The position numbers were made by a program, and so were the translations under genes. The notes beneath the pieces are model-generated. The model was not told the DNA's origin, searched no databases, and saw only the letters and a program-made list of their open reading frames with translations. A DNA stretch of 64,000 nucleotides from Gemmatimonadaceae bacterium (GTDB taxonomy: Bacteria > Gemmatimonadota > Gemmatimonadetes > Gemmatimonadales > Gemmatimonadaceae): contig DATFBY010000110.1 in assembly GCA_035253585.1 (NCBI GenBank), positions 47,875 to 111,874 of the forward strand, given 5' to 3'. Each line of letters opens with the position of its first letter. Positions within the stretch are counted from its first letter, which is position 1. Positions 20,034 to 31,291 of this stretch are shown in pieces.

Positions 20034-20710
20034 CCCGGCCTCCTTCCAAACAAGACGGTGCCCAGCCGCACCATCGTCGCGCCCTCTTCGACCGCGACCT
20101 CGTAGTCGTCGGACATCCCCATCGACAGCTCCGTTGCCGGATGTCCCGCGCTCGCCATCACCTCACGCGCACGTCGAGCGCCGATGAACACTTCCCGTAA
20201 TACACGCTCTTCGGCGCCAAAGGGCGCCATCGTCATGACGCCCAGCACACGGATCCCGGAATGTCCGGCCAGCCGCTCGGCTTCCGCCGGAATATCCTTC
20301 GGCGCGTAGCCGCCCTTCGTCTCCTCACTCGAGACATTGACCTGGATCAGCGCATCGACAGCGCGGCCGCGCGCCTCTCCATACTGGTCGACCGCATCCG
20401 CGAGCCGGACAGTGTCGATCGAATGCACCAGCGAGAAACGATCGAGCGACTTCACCTTGTTCCGCTGTAGGTGGCCGATAAGGTGCCACGCCACCGGGAC
20501 ATCGCTCGCATCGATCTTTTGCAGCGCTTCCTGCACGCGGTTCTCGCCAATGTCGCGAATCCCCGCCTCCCACGCCGCTCGAACCGCGTCGATTCCGTGA
20601 GTCTTGGTCACGGCGACGATCCGCACCTCTTGCCCCTGCCCGCGGGTCGCGGCCGCGGCGATCCTCTGCCGCACGTCAGCCAACCGCGCGGCGAGGTCGT
20701 GAAAAGGCAT
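20030..20710 (-). CDS. yggS: YggS-family pyridoxal-phosphate homeostasis protein
   Basis: Alanine-racemase-N-like fold with a conserved K in AVTKTH, plus HLIGHLQRNK. Confidence 0.8.
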   Translation of the reverse strand: MPFHDLAARLADVRQRIAAAATRGQGQEVRIVAVTKTHGIDAVRAAWEAGIRDIGENRVQEALQKIDASDVPVAWHLIGHLQRNKVKSLDRFSLVHSIDTVRLADAVDQYGEARGRAVDALIQVNVSSEETKGGYAPKDIPAEAERLAGHSGIRVLGVMTMAPFGAEERVLREVFIGARRAREVMASAGHPATELSMGMSDDYEVAVEEGATMVRLGTVLFGRRPG

Positions 20711-20721
20711 AAGCTGGTAAT

Positions 20722-22938
20722 TTACCGGGGGTTACAGCGCGAATCAAGAGAATTTGGCGCCGCTTCCAACCGGACCTCTTCGAGCGCCTGCCGGGGGCAC
20801 TCGAGTATCGCACGGAAGTGCTCCGCGGTGGGGTCGGTACTCGCCCGAATCGCCCGAGGTACACCCGCGATCCGGCCGGCGAGTCGGCCCGTCTCGACGG
20901 TGTCGACCGCGTACGAGAGCGCCGGCGACACGACTGTCTTGTCGACATCGGCTTCGACCAAAACGAGGCCGCGGAGCGCGGGCTCTTCGATCCCGGCTAG
21001 CCGTGCGCGGGTGAGTCCGGCGCTGAGCGCTACCGCGACCGGCCGCCCCCGCGCTCGCGCGTGTTCTCCGATCGCAGCCAGCATCGGCGACTCCTCGCCT
21101 AACGACTCGCGGGCGACGCTGCGCTCCAGAAGCGAGTCGCGCCGCGAAAGCTGCTCCAGGTACCACCTGGCTCCCAGCAGCGGCGCGACGACGACTGTCA
21201 CGTCGCGCCGTACGCCCTCCACCTCCTGGAGATACCAGAGCGGAAAGGAGTCGTTGTCGCCGGCGGTGACCAGCACCGCGTTCGCCGGGGCAGACTCGAG
21301 TAGCATGCGTCCCAGCAGATGCGGGAGATCCGCCTCGGGGATCGAGCGTCGCGTTACCGCGCTCCAGTTGAGCGCCACCGGAAGCGCGGCCACCGCCAGC
21401 CCGAGTGGAACCAGCCGCGGGTGCACACGACGGAACAACGTGACCGCGCCAACACCAGCCCAGGCTCCCCACACCCAGATCGCCAGCACGAAGAAGTAGT
21501 CTCGCTCTCGCGCTTCGTGCGGAGTGTCGTCAGGCAGCACGCCGACGCCGAACGACGCGCCCGCCTTGAAATTCAGATAGATGGCCAGCGCCACGCTCCC
21601 GGCCACGAAGGTCACCAGCAGCGCAAGCCAGCTCCTGCCGTCGGCCCGTTTGTGCACGATGGACCCGGTGATGCCTAACGCGACGAAGAGCAGCGTGATC
21701 GGCGTACGCACGAGCGATGGCTCGACGGTGGGCGTGAGCGACAGCGCGACCTGCCAGTCGCCATACTCGAGCAAATTGGCCAGCTGGATCCAGAGCGGTG
21801 CCTGACGAGGCAGGAAGTCATGTCCGCCGTACTGCGCGCGGCCGACGAGATCCCACAGCGCCGACCAGGTCACGGCATTCCCCGCGTTGAGCGCCGGATC
21901 GTGAACGGCGCGCACCGCCATCACCCCGACGATCGAAAAGCCGACGAGCATGACGACCATTCCGCCCACGGCATGCGACGGCGGGCGTCGCTCCTGCGAA
22001 ACGATGACCGCCGCCACGATGCCTAACGCGACGGCGATCATCAGGGGTGAGGCAAGGCCGACCGCGAACGCCAGCGCCAGAGCGGCGCAGAGAAGCCCGG
22101 CGTCACCCCATCGGATGCGGCTCTCGTCATCCATCGCCGCCAACGCGATAGCGCCGGGCGCGGCGACCAGCGCGCCGAGATGCAGCGGAACCGCCAGCGC
22201 GAAAGTGAACGCCGTGAGAATGAGCCACTTTCCGGAGCGCGTGAGGCCGGCGCGGTGACCGGCTGCCGTCATGCACATCGCCAGCAACAACGACGGCGCG
22301 TAAAGCTCGGTCTCGGTGGCATTGTGCCACACGGTCGACATGGATCCAGCCGTGAGCGCCGCGGCGATCCCGACGACGACCGGTGCGCCGCCGAGCCAGC
22401 GCGTGAAGAGCCAGGCGAGCACGCCCCCCGCGAGAGCCGTGCACACCGCGGACAGGAGATTCGTCGCGTACGCGGTCGGCAGGAACCCGAGCAGCTCGCT
22501 CCAGGCGCGCGCCAACAGCACGAAAAGGGGCGCACCCGGCGGATGCGGAATGCCCAGGACTTCGACCGCCGCGATGAGCTCTCCCGAGTCCCAGAATGTG
22601 AGACCGGGCGCGAGGGTGGCGACGTAGATGGCGAGAAGGAGCGCTCCCGCCAGCAGTGCGGCGAGCGCGGACGCCCGTGTCTCCGCGTCTAGGCGCGAAG
22701 CTGGAGAACCGGCATCTCCGTCGTGGTGCGCGGCGTCCTCCCGGCGATGATGTCGCGTACCTGCGGCGCGGACAGCCCGCGCATGAGCCGACCATTCTGC
22801 GCCACCGAGATGGTGGCTGTCTCCTCCGAGACGACGATCACCAGAGCGTCGGTCTCGTCCGACAAACCGAGCGCCGCCCGGTGGCGAGTGCCTAACGAGC
22901 GGTCCTCCAGCGGCTGCTGCGTCAACGGTAGAATGCAT
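20722..22938 (-). CDS. DUF2723-like polytopic membrane protein (glycosyltransferase-39-like)
   Basis: The motif TFWDSGELIAAVEVLGIPHPPGAPLF is followed by many TM helices. The true start is uncertain and is probably downstream of the cdaA stop at 22689. Confidence 0.5.
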   Translation of the reverse strand: MHSTVDAAAAGGPLVRHSPPGGARFVGRDRRSGDRRLGGDSHHLGGAEWSAHARAVRAAGTRHHRREDAAHHDGDAGSPASRLDAETRASALAALLAGALLLAIYVATLAPGLTFWDSGELIAAVEVLGIPHPPGAPLFVLLARAWSELLGFLPTAYATNLLSAVCTALAGGVLAWLFTRWLGGAPVVVGIAAALTAGSMSTVWHNATETELYAPSLLLAMCMTAAGHRAGLTRSGKWLILTAFTFALAVPLHLGALVAAPGAIALAAMDDESRIRWGDAGLLCAALALAFAVGLASPLMIAVALGIVAAVIVSQERRPPSHAVGGMVVMLVGFSIVGVMAVRAVHDPALNAGNAVTWSALWDLVGRAQYGGHDFLPRQAPLWIQLANLLEYGDWQVALSLTPTVEPSLVRTPITLLFVALGITGSIVHKRADGRSWLALLVTFVAGSVALAIYLNFKAGASFGVGVLPDDTPHEARERDYFFVLAIWVWGAWAGVGAVTLFRRVHPRLVPLGLAVAALPVALNWSAVTRRSIPEADLPHLLGRMLLESAPANAVLVTAGDNDSFPLWYLQEVEGVRRDVTVVVAPLLGARWYLEQLSRRDSLLERSVARESLGEESPMLAAIGEHARARGRPVAVALSAGLTRARLAGIEEPALRGLVLVEADVDKTVVSPALSYAVDTVETGRLAGRIAGVPRAIRASTDPTAEHFRAILECPRQALEEVRLEAAPNSLDSRCNPR

Positions 22939-23480
22939 CCGGCGCCGATGATCGTGTCGCCGCGCACGATGACCGCGCCGTCGTGCAGCGGCGAATACGG
23001 CGTGAAGATTGTCGCCAGCAGGTCCGAGGAGACTTTTGCCTGCATGGAGGTGCCGGACTGCACGTAATCGCCGAGATTCACTTCCCGCTCGAGCGCGATG
23101 ATCGAGCCGATCCCCGACCGGCTCAGCCGCTCCACCGCCTCGGCGATCTCCTCGGCCACTTCACCGACTTCCATGCGCTTGAAGAAGCGCGCCATCGGAG
23201 TTTGGCCCAGGTGAGCGAGCGCCGCGCGAAGCTCCGGCTGGAAGACCACCAGCGCGGCGAACGCGCCGTAAGTGAACACCAGGCCCAGGATGTAGGTGAT
23301 CATCGTGAGCTTGAATGTCCACGCTAGGGCATACGCGAGGACGAGGACCACGATGCCTATCAACATCTGCACCGCGCGCGTGCCGTGAATCAGTAGCAGC
23401 ACGCGGTAGATGACGTAGGCGACGACGATGATCTCCACCGCATCTCGCCATCCGAATTCGAGGATTCGAAACTGGTCCAC
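22689..23480 (-). CDS. cdaA: Diadenylate cyclase CdaA (DAC domain)
   Basis: Three N-terminal TM helices. The DAC motifs GSIIALE, LHDGAVIV, GAGCILP and RHRAALG are present. Confidence 0.8.
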   Translation of the reverse strand: MDQFRILEFGWRDAVEIIVVAYVIYRVLLLIHGTRAVQMLIGIVVLVLAYALAWTFKLTMITYILGLVFTYGAFAALVVFQPELRAALAHLGQTPMARFFKRMEVGEVAEEIAEAVERLSRSGIGSIIALEREVNLGDYVQSGTSMQAKVSSDLLATIFTPYSPLHDGAVIVRGDTIIGAGCILPLTQQPLEDRSLGTRHRAALGLSDETDALVIVVSEETATISVAQNGRLMRGLSAPQVRDIIAGRTPRTTTEMPVLQLRA

Positions 23481-24317
23481 CTACGCTCCCGCCCGGTTCT
23501 GCGCCTGCGTCGTCTGCTGGTCGAAGATCGCCCACGCCACATCGAGCGCGCGGCGATTCGCCTTCACATCGTGAACCCGAAAGATGCGTGCTCCGGCGAC
23601 GAGCGCCATGATGTTCGCCGCAACGGTTCCGTCCACGCGCTCGGCGGGCTCCGTCACACCGCTGAGCTCGCCGATGAAACGCTTCCGCGAGACACCGACG
23701 ACTACAGGAAGACCACGGAGGACGAGCCGATCGAGCTCCGATAGGATTTTGATCGAGTGCTCGCTCCGCTTGGCAAACCCGATCCCCGGGTCGATCGCAA
23801 TCCGGGACTCCTCGACACCCGCTTCGCGCGCGGCCGTGATCCGCTCCTCGAGCTCGGCGAGCACGTCCCCGACCGGGTCATCGCCATAGTGCGCGTGCGC
23901 GTAGGTCCCCATGTCGCTGACCACACCACGCGAGTGCATGAGAATGACACCTGCCCCCGCACTGGCGCAAACCCCGGCCATTCGCGCGTCCAGGCGGAAT
24001 GCCGACACGTCATTGATGACGTCGGCTCCTTCACGCAGCGCGGCTTCGGCGACATCTGACTTGACCGTGTCGACGGAAATGACCGTTCCCGGAAGGCGCT
24101 GTCTCAATTCTGCGACGACCGGCAAGACTCGCCGCCTCTCCTCGTCGACGTTCACCGGCGTCGCGCCCTGTGGCCGCGTGGATTCGCCGCCGATGTCGAG
24201 AATGTCCGCGCCTTCGTCTATCAGCTCGAGGCCGTGGTCGACGGCGGCAGTGCCCGAAAAAAACTTACCCCCGTCGCTGAAGCTGTCGGGGGTAATGTTT
24301 ACGACGCCCATGATCAT
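23481..24317 (-). CDS. folP: Dihydropteroate synthase
   Basis: Pterin-binding fold beginning MIMGVVNITPDSFSDGG…DIGGESTRP. Start chosen at 24317; the ORF-track N-extension runs through the repeat element and was rejected. Confidence 0.8.
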   Translation of the reverse strand: MIMGVVNITPDSFSDGGKFFSGTAAVDHGLELIDEGADILDIGGESTRPQGATPVNVDEERRRVLPVVAELRQRLPGTVISVDTVKSDVAEAALREGADVINDVSAFRLDARMAGVCASAGAGVILMHSRGVVSDMGTYAHAHYGDDPVGDVLAELEERITAAREAGVEESRIAIDPGIGFAKRSEHSIKILSELDRLVLRGLPVVVGVSRKRFIGELSGVTEPAERVDGTVAANIMALVAGARIFRVHDVKANRRALDVAWAIFDQQTTQAQNRAGA

Positions 24318-24365
24318 CGGGCGGGCGAGCGGGAGCGCCCGCTCCCGAATGCGCCAGACGATCAT

Positions 24366-24461
24366 CGAGATTCGAGATTCGAGATTCGAGATTCGGAAGG
24401 GCACACCGCACGAGGTCCGAATCCGCAGTCCCGAATCTCGAATCTCGAATCTCGAATCTCG
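24366..24461. repeat. Inverted tandem-heptamer hairpin element, (CGAGATT)4…(CGAATCT)4, intergenic between ftsH and folP
   Basis: Read directly. It begins about 3 nt after the ftsH stop codon and has a 36-nt spacer. Confidence 0.85.
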
Positions 24462-24465
24462 ATGC

Positions 24466-26448
<1,983 letters not shown>

Positions 26449-27002
26449 TTACTGCAAGCTCGCTATATAGGGCAGGTGTCTGAAGTTCTCGGCGTGGTCC
26501 AAACCGTACCCCACCAAAAACTCGTGCGGCGCATCAAAACCAACGAACCGCACTGGGTACCGCAAATGCTCGGCAAGGTGCTTGTGCAACAGCGCGCAGA
26601 CCGCCAGTGAGCGCGGATTGCGCGCGGAAAGGAGATCCATGAGCCGGCTCAAGGTTCTGCCCGAGTCGACGATGTCCTCCACTAACAGAATGTGCTTCCC
26701 CTCCAGCTCGGTTTCCGGATCGTAGACCAGCCGCACCGTACCGCTGGACTCCATCTCCGAGCCGTAGCTCGAGGCGACGAGAAAGTCGATCTGAATCGGA
26801 CGGACGATCTGACGCACCAGGTCGCTGAGGAAAATGAAGCTTCCTTTCAGCAGCCCGAGCACCAGCAGATCTCCATCCGGATAGCCGGAGGTGATCTCCG
26901 CACCGAGCTCCCGAACGCGGGACGCGATCGCCTCGGGGCCGAACACGACCCGGCGTACAGCGCGCCCATCAAGACGCGGATCAGCGATCGATGATGCGCT
27001 CA
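26449..27002 (-). CDS. hpt: Hypoxanthine-guanine phosphoribosyltransferase
   Basis: The PRPP-binding motif LLVEDIVDSGRT and FVGYGLD are present. The GTG start overlaps the tilS 3' end. Confidence 0.8.
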
Positions 27003-28354
27003 CAGAGCACTCGTACGACCGGCCGACCGGGCCGAACGGTTGCCGCGAGAGCGCGGCCCACTCCGGGAACCCATACGATTTCGTCGTCGGCCAACACGAC
27101 CGGCCACCCGCGCCGCGCCGCGGCATCGATGCCCGCTTCGCGCAGCAACCGCTTGATTCGACGCGGGGACTCTGCCCCAGCCGGTTTCATACGGTCACCG
27201 GCATGCCAGGGGCGTGCCGTAAGTCGGCGGTCGGCAGGGAGTTCTGCGACCCACGCGTCGGCGCTTCCGACCGCCGAGAGGATTCGAAACCTGAACGACC
27301 CGACGACGAGCCCTTCTTCGATCTCGCGCGCCGCACCAATAGCGGGCGTTGTCGCGCGACGTAGTCGGAGCTCACCTGCGTGCAGGACCACCTCGTGCCC
27401 GCCGGAGAGCTGGATTCGGCGTCCATTGCTCCCCTCCTTAGTAAACGCACTGAGACGGCGTGTTCCGCGACGGTCCAGCGCTACACCCGAGCGCGCCGCC
27501 AGCACCGGCCAAAGCACCGCAAGCTCTTGTGCATCATAGCGGACCAGAGAGTCACGGGCAACCACGAGCTCGCCATTCTCAAAACGAACATCCACCTGTT
27601 TAGCCACCAGATCGTCCAGCGCTTCGCGGAGCCTCGCCGACTCATCGGCCAGGGCCAACAGCTCGTCGGCAAGCGAAGGGCGGACGCGCAGTAGCGCCGG
27701 CAACAGGTCGTGTCTGACTCGGTTGCGCAGGTAGTCGGGCGAAAGGTTGGTCGGGTCGTCGACCCAACGAAGACCGCGGGCGATGGCGTACTCCGTCACC
27801 GCCTGGCGCGAAACGCCGAGCAGCGGACGGACGACGCCGCGTGTGGGCGCCGCGAGTGCCGCGAGGCCGCGTGCGCCCGCACCGCGAAGCACGCGCAACA
27901 GCACCGTTTCGACCTGATCGTCTCTCGTGTGGCCCGTGGCGACGACAGCCTTTTCTGCCTCGGCGAGACGCGTGAGAAATCGCCAGCGCGCATCGCGCCA
28001 CATCGCTTCGGTCGGCCGCGTCTCGAGCGGCGCGCCACGCGCCGCCTCGCCGCCGCGCAGGAGTCGGACACCCAGCTCCGAAGCCCGCGCTTCGACCAGA
28101 TCGGCAGCGTGTGTGGCCGCGTCACCAGTGCCGTGGTCGTAGGTCGCCACTGCGGCGATGCGATCGCGCGCCACTCGCACGCCTGCGTCGAGAAGAACCA
28201 TCGAGTCGCGCCCGCCGGACACCGCCAGCAGCACGCGCGGCTGATCCGCCAGTCCGAGAAGTGTGTCGCGAACCGCGCGCTCGACAGTCGCCTCGGCGCT
28301 CGACGACGCTCGTCTCACGACCGGAGACCTCTGGTCCGCGTGGCGCGTCGACAA
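26981..28354 (-). CDS. tilS: tRNA(Ile)-lysidine synthetase
   Basis: The PP-loop motif is in LLAVSGGRDSMVLL. The conserved tilS-hpt-ftsH order is observed. Confidence 0.75.
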   Translation of the reverse strand: MSTRHADQRSPVVRRASSSAEATVERAVRDTLLGLADQPRVLLAVSGGRDSMVLLDAGVRVARDRIAAVATYDHGTGDAATHAADLVEARASELGVRLLRGGEAARGAPLETRPTEAMWRDARWRFLTRLAEAEKAVVATGHTRDDQVETVLLRVLRGAGARGLAALAAPTRGVVRPLLGVSRQAVTEYAIARGLRWVDDPTNLSPDYLRNRVRHDLLPALLRVRPSLADELLALADESARLREALDDLVAKQVDVRFENGELVVARDSLVRYDAQELAVLWPVLAARSGVALDRRGTRRLSAFTKEGSNGRRIQLSGGHEVVLHAGELRLRRATTPAIGAAREIEEGLVVGSFRFRILSAVGSADAWVAELPADRRLTARPWHAGDRMKPAGAESPRRIKRLLREAGIDAAARRGWPVVLADDEIVWVPGVGRALAATVRPGRPVVRVLCERIIDR

Positions 28355-28407
28355 TACATTCCCGGCGCTCTCACGTCGCGTTTGACGGTTCTTCGCAGAG
28401 GATCACT

Positions 28408-28584
28408 TTGGAGACACACGGCCCGCTTGGCGTGATCTGGATCGGGTTGGGGTTGGGCGCGTTCTACATCGCGCTGATCTGGATCAACATGCTGCTCGGA
28501 CTCTTTCTGACCCCGTTGTTCTTCATTCCGCTCACGTTCCTCAAGGATCGTAAGCGGCGGCAGACGACGACCGAGCGCCGCTGA
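28408..28584 (+). CDS. Small (58 aa) hydrophobic two-helix membrane protein
   Basis: A TTG start sits 6 nt after a GAGGA Shine-Dalgarno. An intrinsic terminator hairpin follows at 28643-28684. The call rests on composition only. Confidence 0.35.
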   Translation: METHGPLGVIWIGLGLGAFYIALIWINMLLGLFLTPLFFIPLTFLKDRKRRQTTTERR

Positions 28585-28642
28585 GCACGCGCCGACTTCG
28601 GTTTGCGCTGTAACACGCGCGGCAATTCGTTCGTAGTATGAA

Positions 28643-28684
28643 GACGGGACGGGGCGCGTCGCCTCCGTCCCGTTTGTCCGTTTA
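28643..28684 (+). terminator. Rho-independent terminator: 9-bp stem ACGGGACGG/CCGTCCCGT followed by TTGTCCGTTTA
   Basis: Read directly. Confidence 0.5.
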
Positions 28685-28725
28685 CCTGGGGCCGCCGAAC
28701 GCGGCTTCACCTTACGGAGAGCGCC

Positions 28726-29304
28726 ATGGGTCTCATCGTCTTGCTGGTCGTCCTCGCCGTCGTGGCCCTGTGGGTCATCAGCGCGTACAACCGGCTGATC
28801 CAGCTCAAGAACCAGGTCTTCAACGCCTGGAAGCAGATCGATGTGCAGCTGAAGCGCCGTCACGATCTCATTCCCAATCTGGTGGAGACGGTCAAAGGCG
28901 CCATGCAGTTCGAGCGGCAGACGCTCGAGGCGGTAATCCAGGCGCGCAACCAGGCGGTGGCCGCGAGCAACAGTGGCAGCGTCGCGCAGACGGCCGCCGC
29001 GGAAGGCGCGCTCACGGGCGCGCTGCGACAGCTGTTCGCGTTGGTGGAGAACTATCCTGATCTCAAGGCGACGAGCAACGTCGCGCAGCTTCAAGAGGAG
29101 CTCACGTCCACCGAGAACAAGATCGCCTTCGCGCGGCAGATGTACAACGACACCGCCACGCAATACAACACCGCGCAGTTGCAGTTCCCCACCAACATGG
29201 TGGCGGGACTGGCCAAGGCGACGCCCGCCGAGCTGTGGGAGATCACCGACGCCGCCGAGCGCGCGGTACCGAAGGTGGATCTCTCGTTTGGACCGAAGGC
29301 GTAG
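28726..29304 (+). CDS. lemA: LemA-family protein
   Basis: N-terminal TM helix followed by the LemA signature: AYNRLIQLKNQVFNAWKQIDVQLKRRHDLIPNLVETVKG. GGAGAG RBS present. Confidence 0.8.
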   Translation: MGLIVLLVVLAVVALWVISAYNRLIQLKNQVFNAWKQIDVQLKRRHDLIPNLVETVKGAMQFERQTLEAVIQARNQAVAASNSGSVAQTAAAEGALTGALRQLFALVENYPDLKATSNVAQLQEELTSTENKIAFARQMYNDTATQYNTAQLQFPTNMVAGLAKATPAELWEITDAAERAVPKVDLSFGPKA

Positions 29305-29313
29305 TCGTTAGGC

Positions 29314-30366
29314 GTGAACGGAGAGAGCGTCAACCTCTTCGATCAGCAGGAAGCCAATCGCCGGCGCTCGCGCTGGCTGGTGATTGGCTTCGTGCTGTTC
29401 TTCGCCTGGCTCGGCTTCGGCGGCGATCTCATTTTGTATCTCGCCACCCAGAACCAAACAGCCGAGTCGTATCATCATCTTTTCCCGTGGTTCGGAATCT
29501 TCCTCACGTTCCTGGCCGCGATCTTGGCGGTCTTTGCCTGGCGAACCGGACCCGAACGAGTCCTGTGGGCCACCGGCGCGCGCGAAGTGATCGATCCCGA
29601 CACTCCGGAGGAACGACAGCTCGTGAACGTGGTCGAGGAGATGTCGATCGCATCGGCGCTTCCGAAGCCACGCATCTGGATCGTGCCTGACGACGATCCG
29701 AATGCCTTTGCGACCGGCCGCGAGCAGAGCGGCTCGCACGTGGCGGTGACGCAGGGACTGCTCGCCGTGTGCTCACGCGATGAGCTGCAGGCGGTCGTCG
29801 CCCACGAGATGGGGCACATCAAGAATCTCGACGTCAGGCTCATGACGCTGCTGGCCGCGCTGGTGGGCGCTGTCGCGCTCATCTCCGATGGCATGGGACG
29901 CATGATTCGCTCGGGCGCGCGCGTCGGCGGCGGCTCGCGCGGCGGCCGCGGGAAGAAGGGCGGCGGGCTTGGCCCCGTCATCATTGCGCTCTTGGTGCTC
30001 TGGATTTTGAGCTGGATCCTGGCGCCGCTCGTGACCAGGCTTCTGGCGCTTGGCGTGAGCCGAAAGCGTGAGTTCCTGGCCGACGCGATGAGCGCGCAGT
30101 TCACGCGCAACCCGATGGCGCTCGCCACCGCGCTCGACAAGATCGAGGGCGCGCATGGTGCGACGAAGGCCATCAAAGGCGGGAGTGCACACTTGTGCAT
30201 CGCCGATCCGCTCGAGCGAAAGATCTCGAACAAGGAAGGCCGGCTCGCCGATTGGTTCGGCACGCACCCGCCGATGCGCCTACGCATCTCCCGTCTCAAG
30301 GCAATGGCGTATCAGGAGCAGAAGAAGCTCGGAACGTTTCAAGCCGGCGTCGAGTCGCCAGTATAG
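29314..30366 (+). CDS. M48-family zinc metalloprotease (HtpX-like)
   Basis: The HEMGH motif is in HEMGHIKNLD. TM helices are present. Confidence 0.75.
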   Translation: MNGESVNLFDQQEANRRRSRWLVIGFVLFFAWLGFGGDLILYLATQNQTAESYHHLFPWFGIFLTFLAAILAVFAWRTGPERVLWATGAREVIDPDTPEERQLVNVVEEMSIASALPKPRIWIVPDDDPNAFATGREQSGSHVAVTQGLLAVCSRDELQAVVAHEMGHIKNLDVRLMTLLAALVGAVALISDGMGRMIRSGARVGGGSRGGRGKKGGGLGPVIIALLVLWILSWILAPLVTRLLALGVSRKREFLADAMSAQFTRNPMALATALDKIEGAHGATKAIKGGSAHLCIADPLERKISNKEGRLADWFGTHPPMRLRISRLKAMAYQEQKKLGTFQAGVESPV

Positions 30367-30422
30367 GACTGCACACAGACCGCCTGCGACCTGCGACATT
30401 TGCAGGTCGCATTCGACGGCGG

Positions 30423-31112
30423 TTAGCGCTGTAGCCTGAAGGCGAAGCTCTGCTGGACGACGAGGCGCACCTTTCGTCCGCCGCTCTCCGCCGGCGTGAA
30501 TCGCATCCGAGCGAGCGCGTCGCGCACCGATTTCTCGAAGAGCGCATGCGTGGCGGCGATCGCGCGAATGCTGGTCGTGTCGACGCGGCCGGTGGTGTCG
30601 ATCACGAATTGCGCGAGTACGGTGCCCTCGATGCCGCCGTCACGTAGGGTGCGAGGATAGTTAGGCGACGGATTGCCATCGCGCGCTCGCGCGGGCACCT
30701 CGACCATCCACTCGAAGTACGTGTTCGGCTGGTGGACGGTCCCCGAGCCAGAAGTACTCGGAGCACGATCACGCGACCCGGCGGCTAGTTCTCCCGGCTC
30801 GGTCGGCACTAGGTCGATCGTCGGCGCCGACACCGGCGGAAGGTTGATGTCGATGTCGAGTCTGCGTGGAAGCGGGAGCGATCGCGCGCTGCCCACTGCA
30901 CTGGCGCCGGGCAACTCACGAACGCCGCTCGGCGGCTCGACGATATGAAATACGAGGGGCGGGACAGATTTCTCTACCGGCGGAATGTCGTCCGCTTTCA
31001 CCGTCGCGGTCACCGCAGCGGCGATCAGCACGACGTGCGCTCCGACGCTGAACACCGTGCCACCCATCGATCGATCCCGCGCTTTCCGTGATTCCACCAA
31101 TACGCCGAGCAT
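30423..31112 (-). CDS. tonB: TonB-family energy transducer (C-terminal TonB domain)
   Basis: N-terminal TM anchor, proline-rich linker, and a TonB C-terminal domain (PNYPRTLRDGGIEGTV…). Confidence 0.7.
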   Translation of the reverse strand: MLGVLVESRKARDRSMGGTVFSVGAHVVLIAAAVTATVKADDIPPVEKSVPPLVFHIVEPPSGVRELPGASAVGSARSLPLPRRLDIDINLPPVSAPTIDLVPTEPGELAAGSRDRAPSTSGSGTVHQPNTYFEWMVEVPARARDGNPSPNYPRTLRDGGIEGTVLAQFVIDTTGRVDTTSIRAIAATHALFEKSVRDALARMRFTPAESGGRKVRLVVQQSFAFRLQR

Positions 31113-31249
31113 GGATCCTCCCTGTCGAGTGCCTGACGACTTGGCGGAGGATACGCGTCTCGGATTTCGCGCCGCTTACCGATTCATGAGCAGTCGCGCG
31201 TTGTGCGATTACGATTCGATGAAGAGTGCGTGACTGCCTCGTAATGCAA

Positions 31250-31280
31250 GAAGCCCTCGGTCATGCGCCGAGGGCTCTTG
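31250..31280 (-). terminator. Putative intrinsic terminator: 9-bp stem AGCCCTCGG/CCGAGGGCT with a 7-nt loop, immediately downstream of the flotillin gene
   Basis: Read directly. The U-tract is only moderate. Confidence 0.4.
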
Positions 31281-31291
31281 CGGAGCTCGAC

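Noticed and set aside
12318-24461. Heptamer repeat arrays considered as CRISPR arrays
   Set aside because: The repeats are 7 bp, directly abutting with no spacers, and organised as inverted arms. They are not CRISPR-like.
28315-29163. 282-aa minus-strand ORF antisense to lemA
   Set aside because: Antisense to a clear LemA gene with an RBS. No domains.
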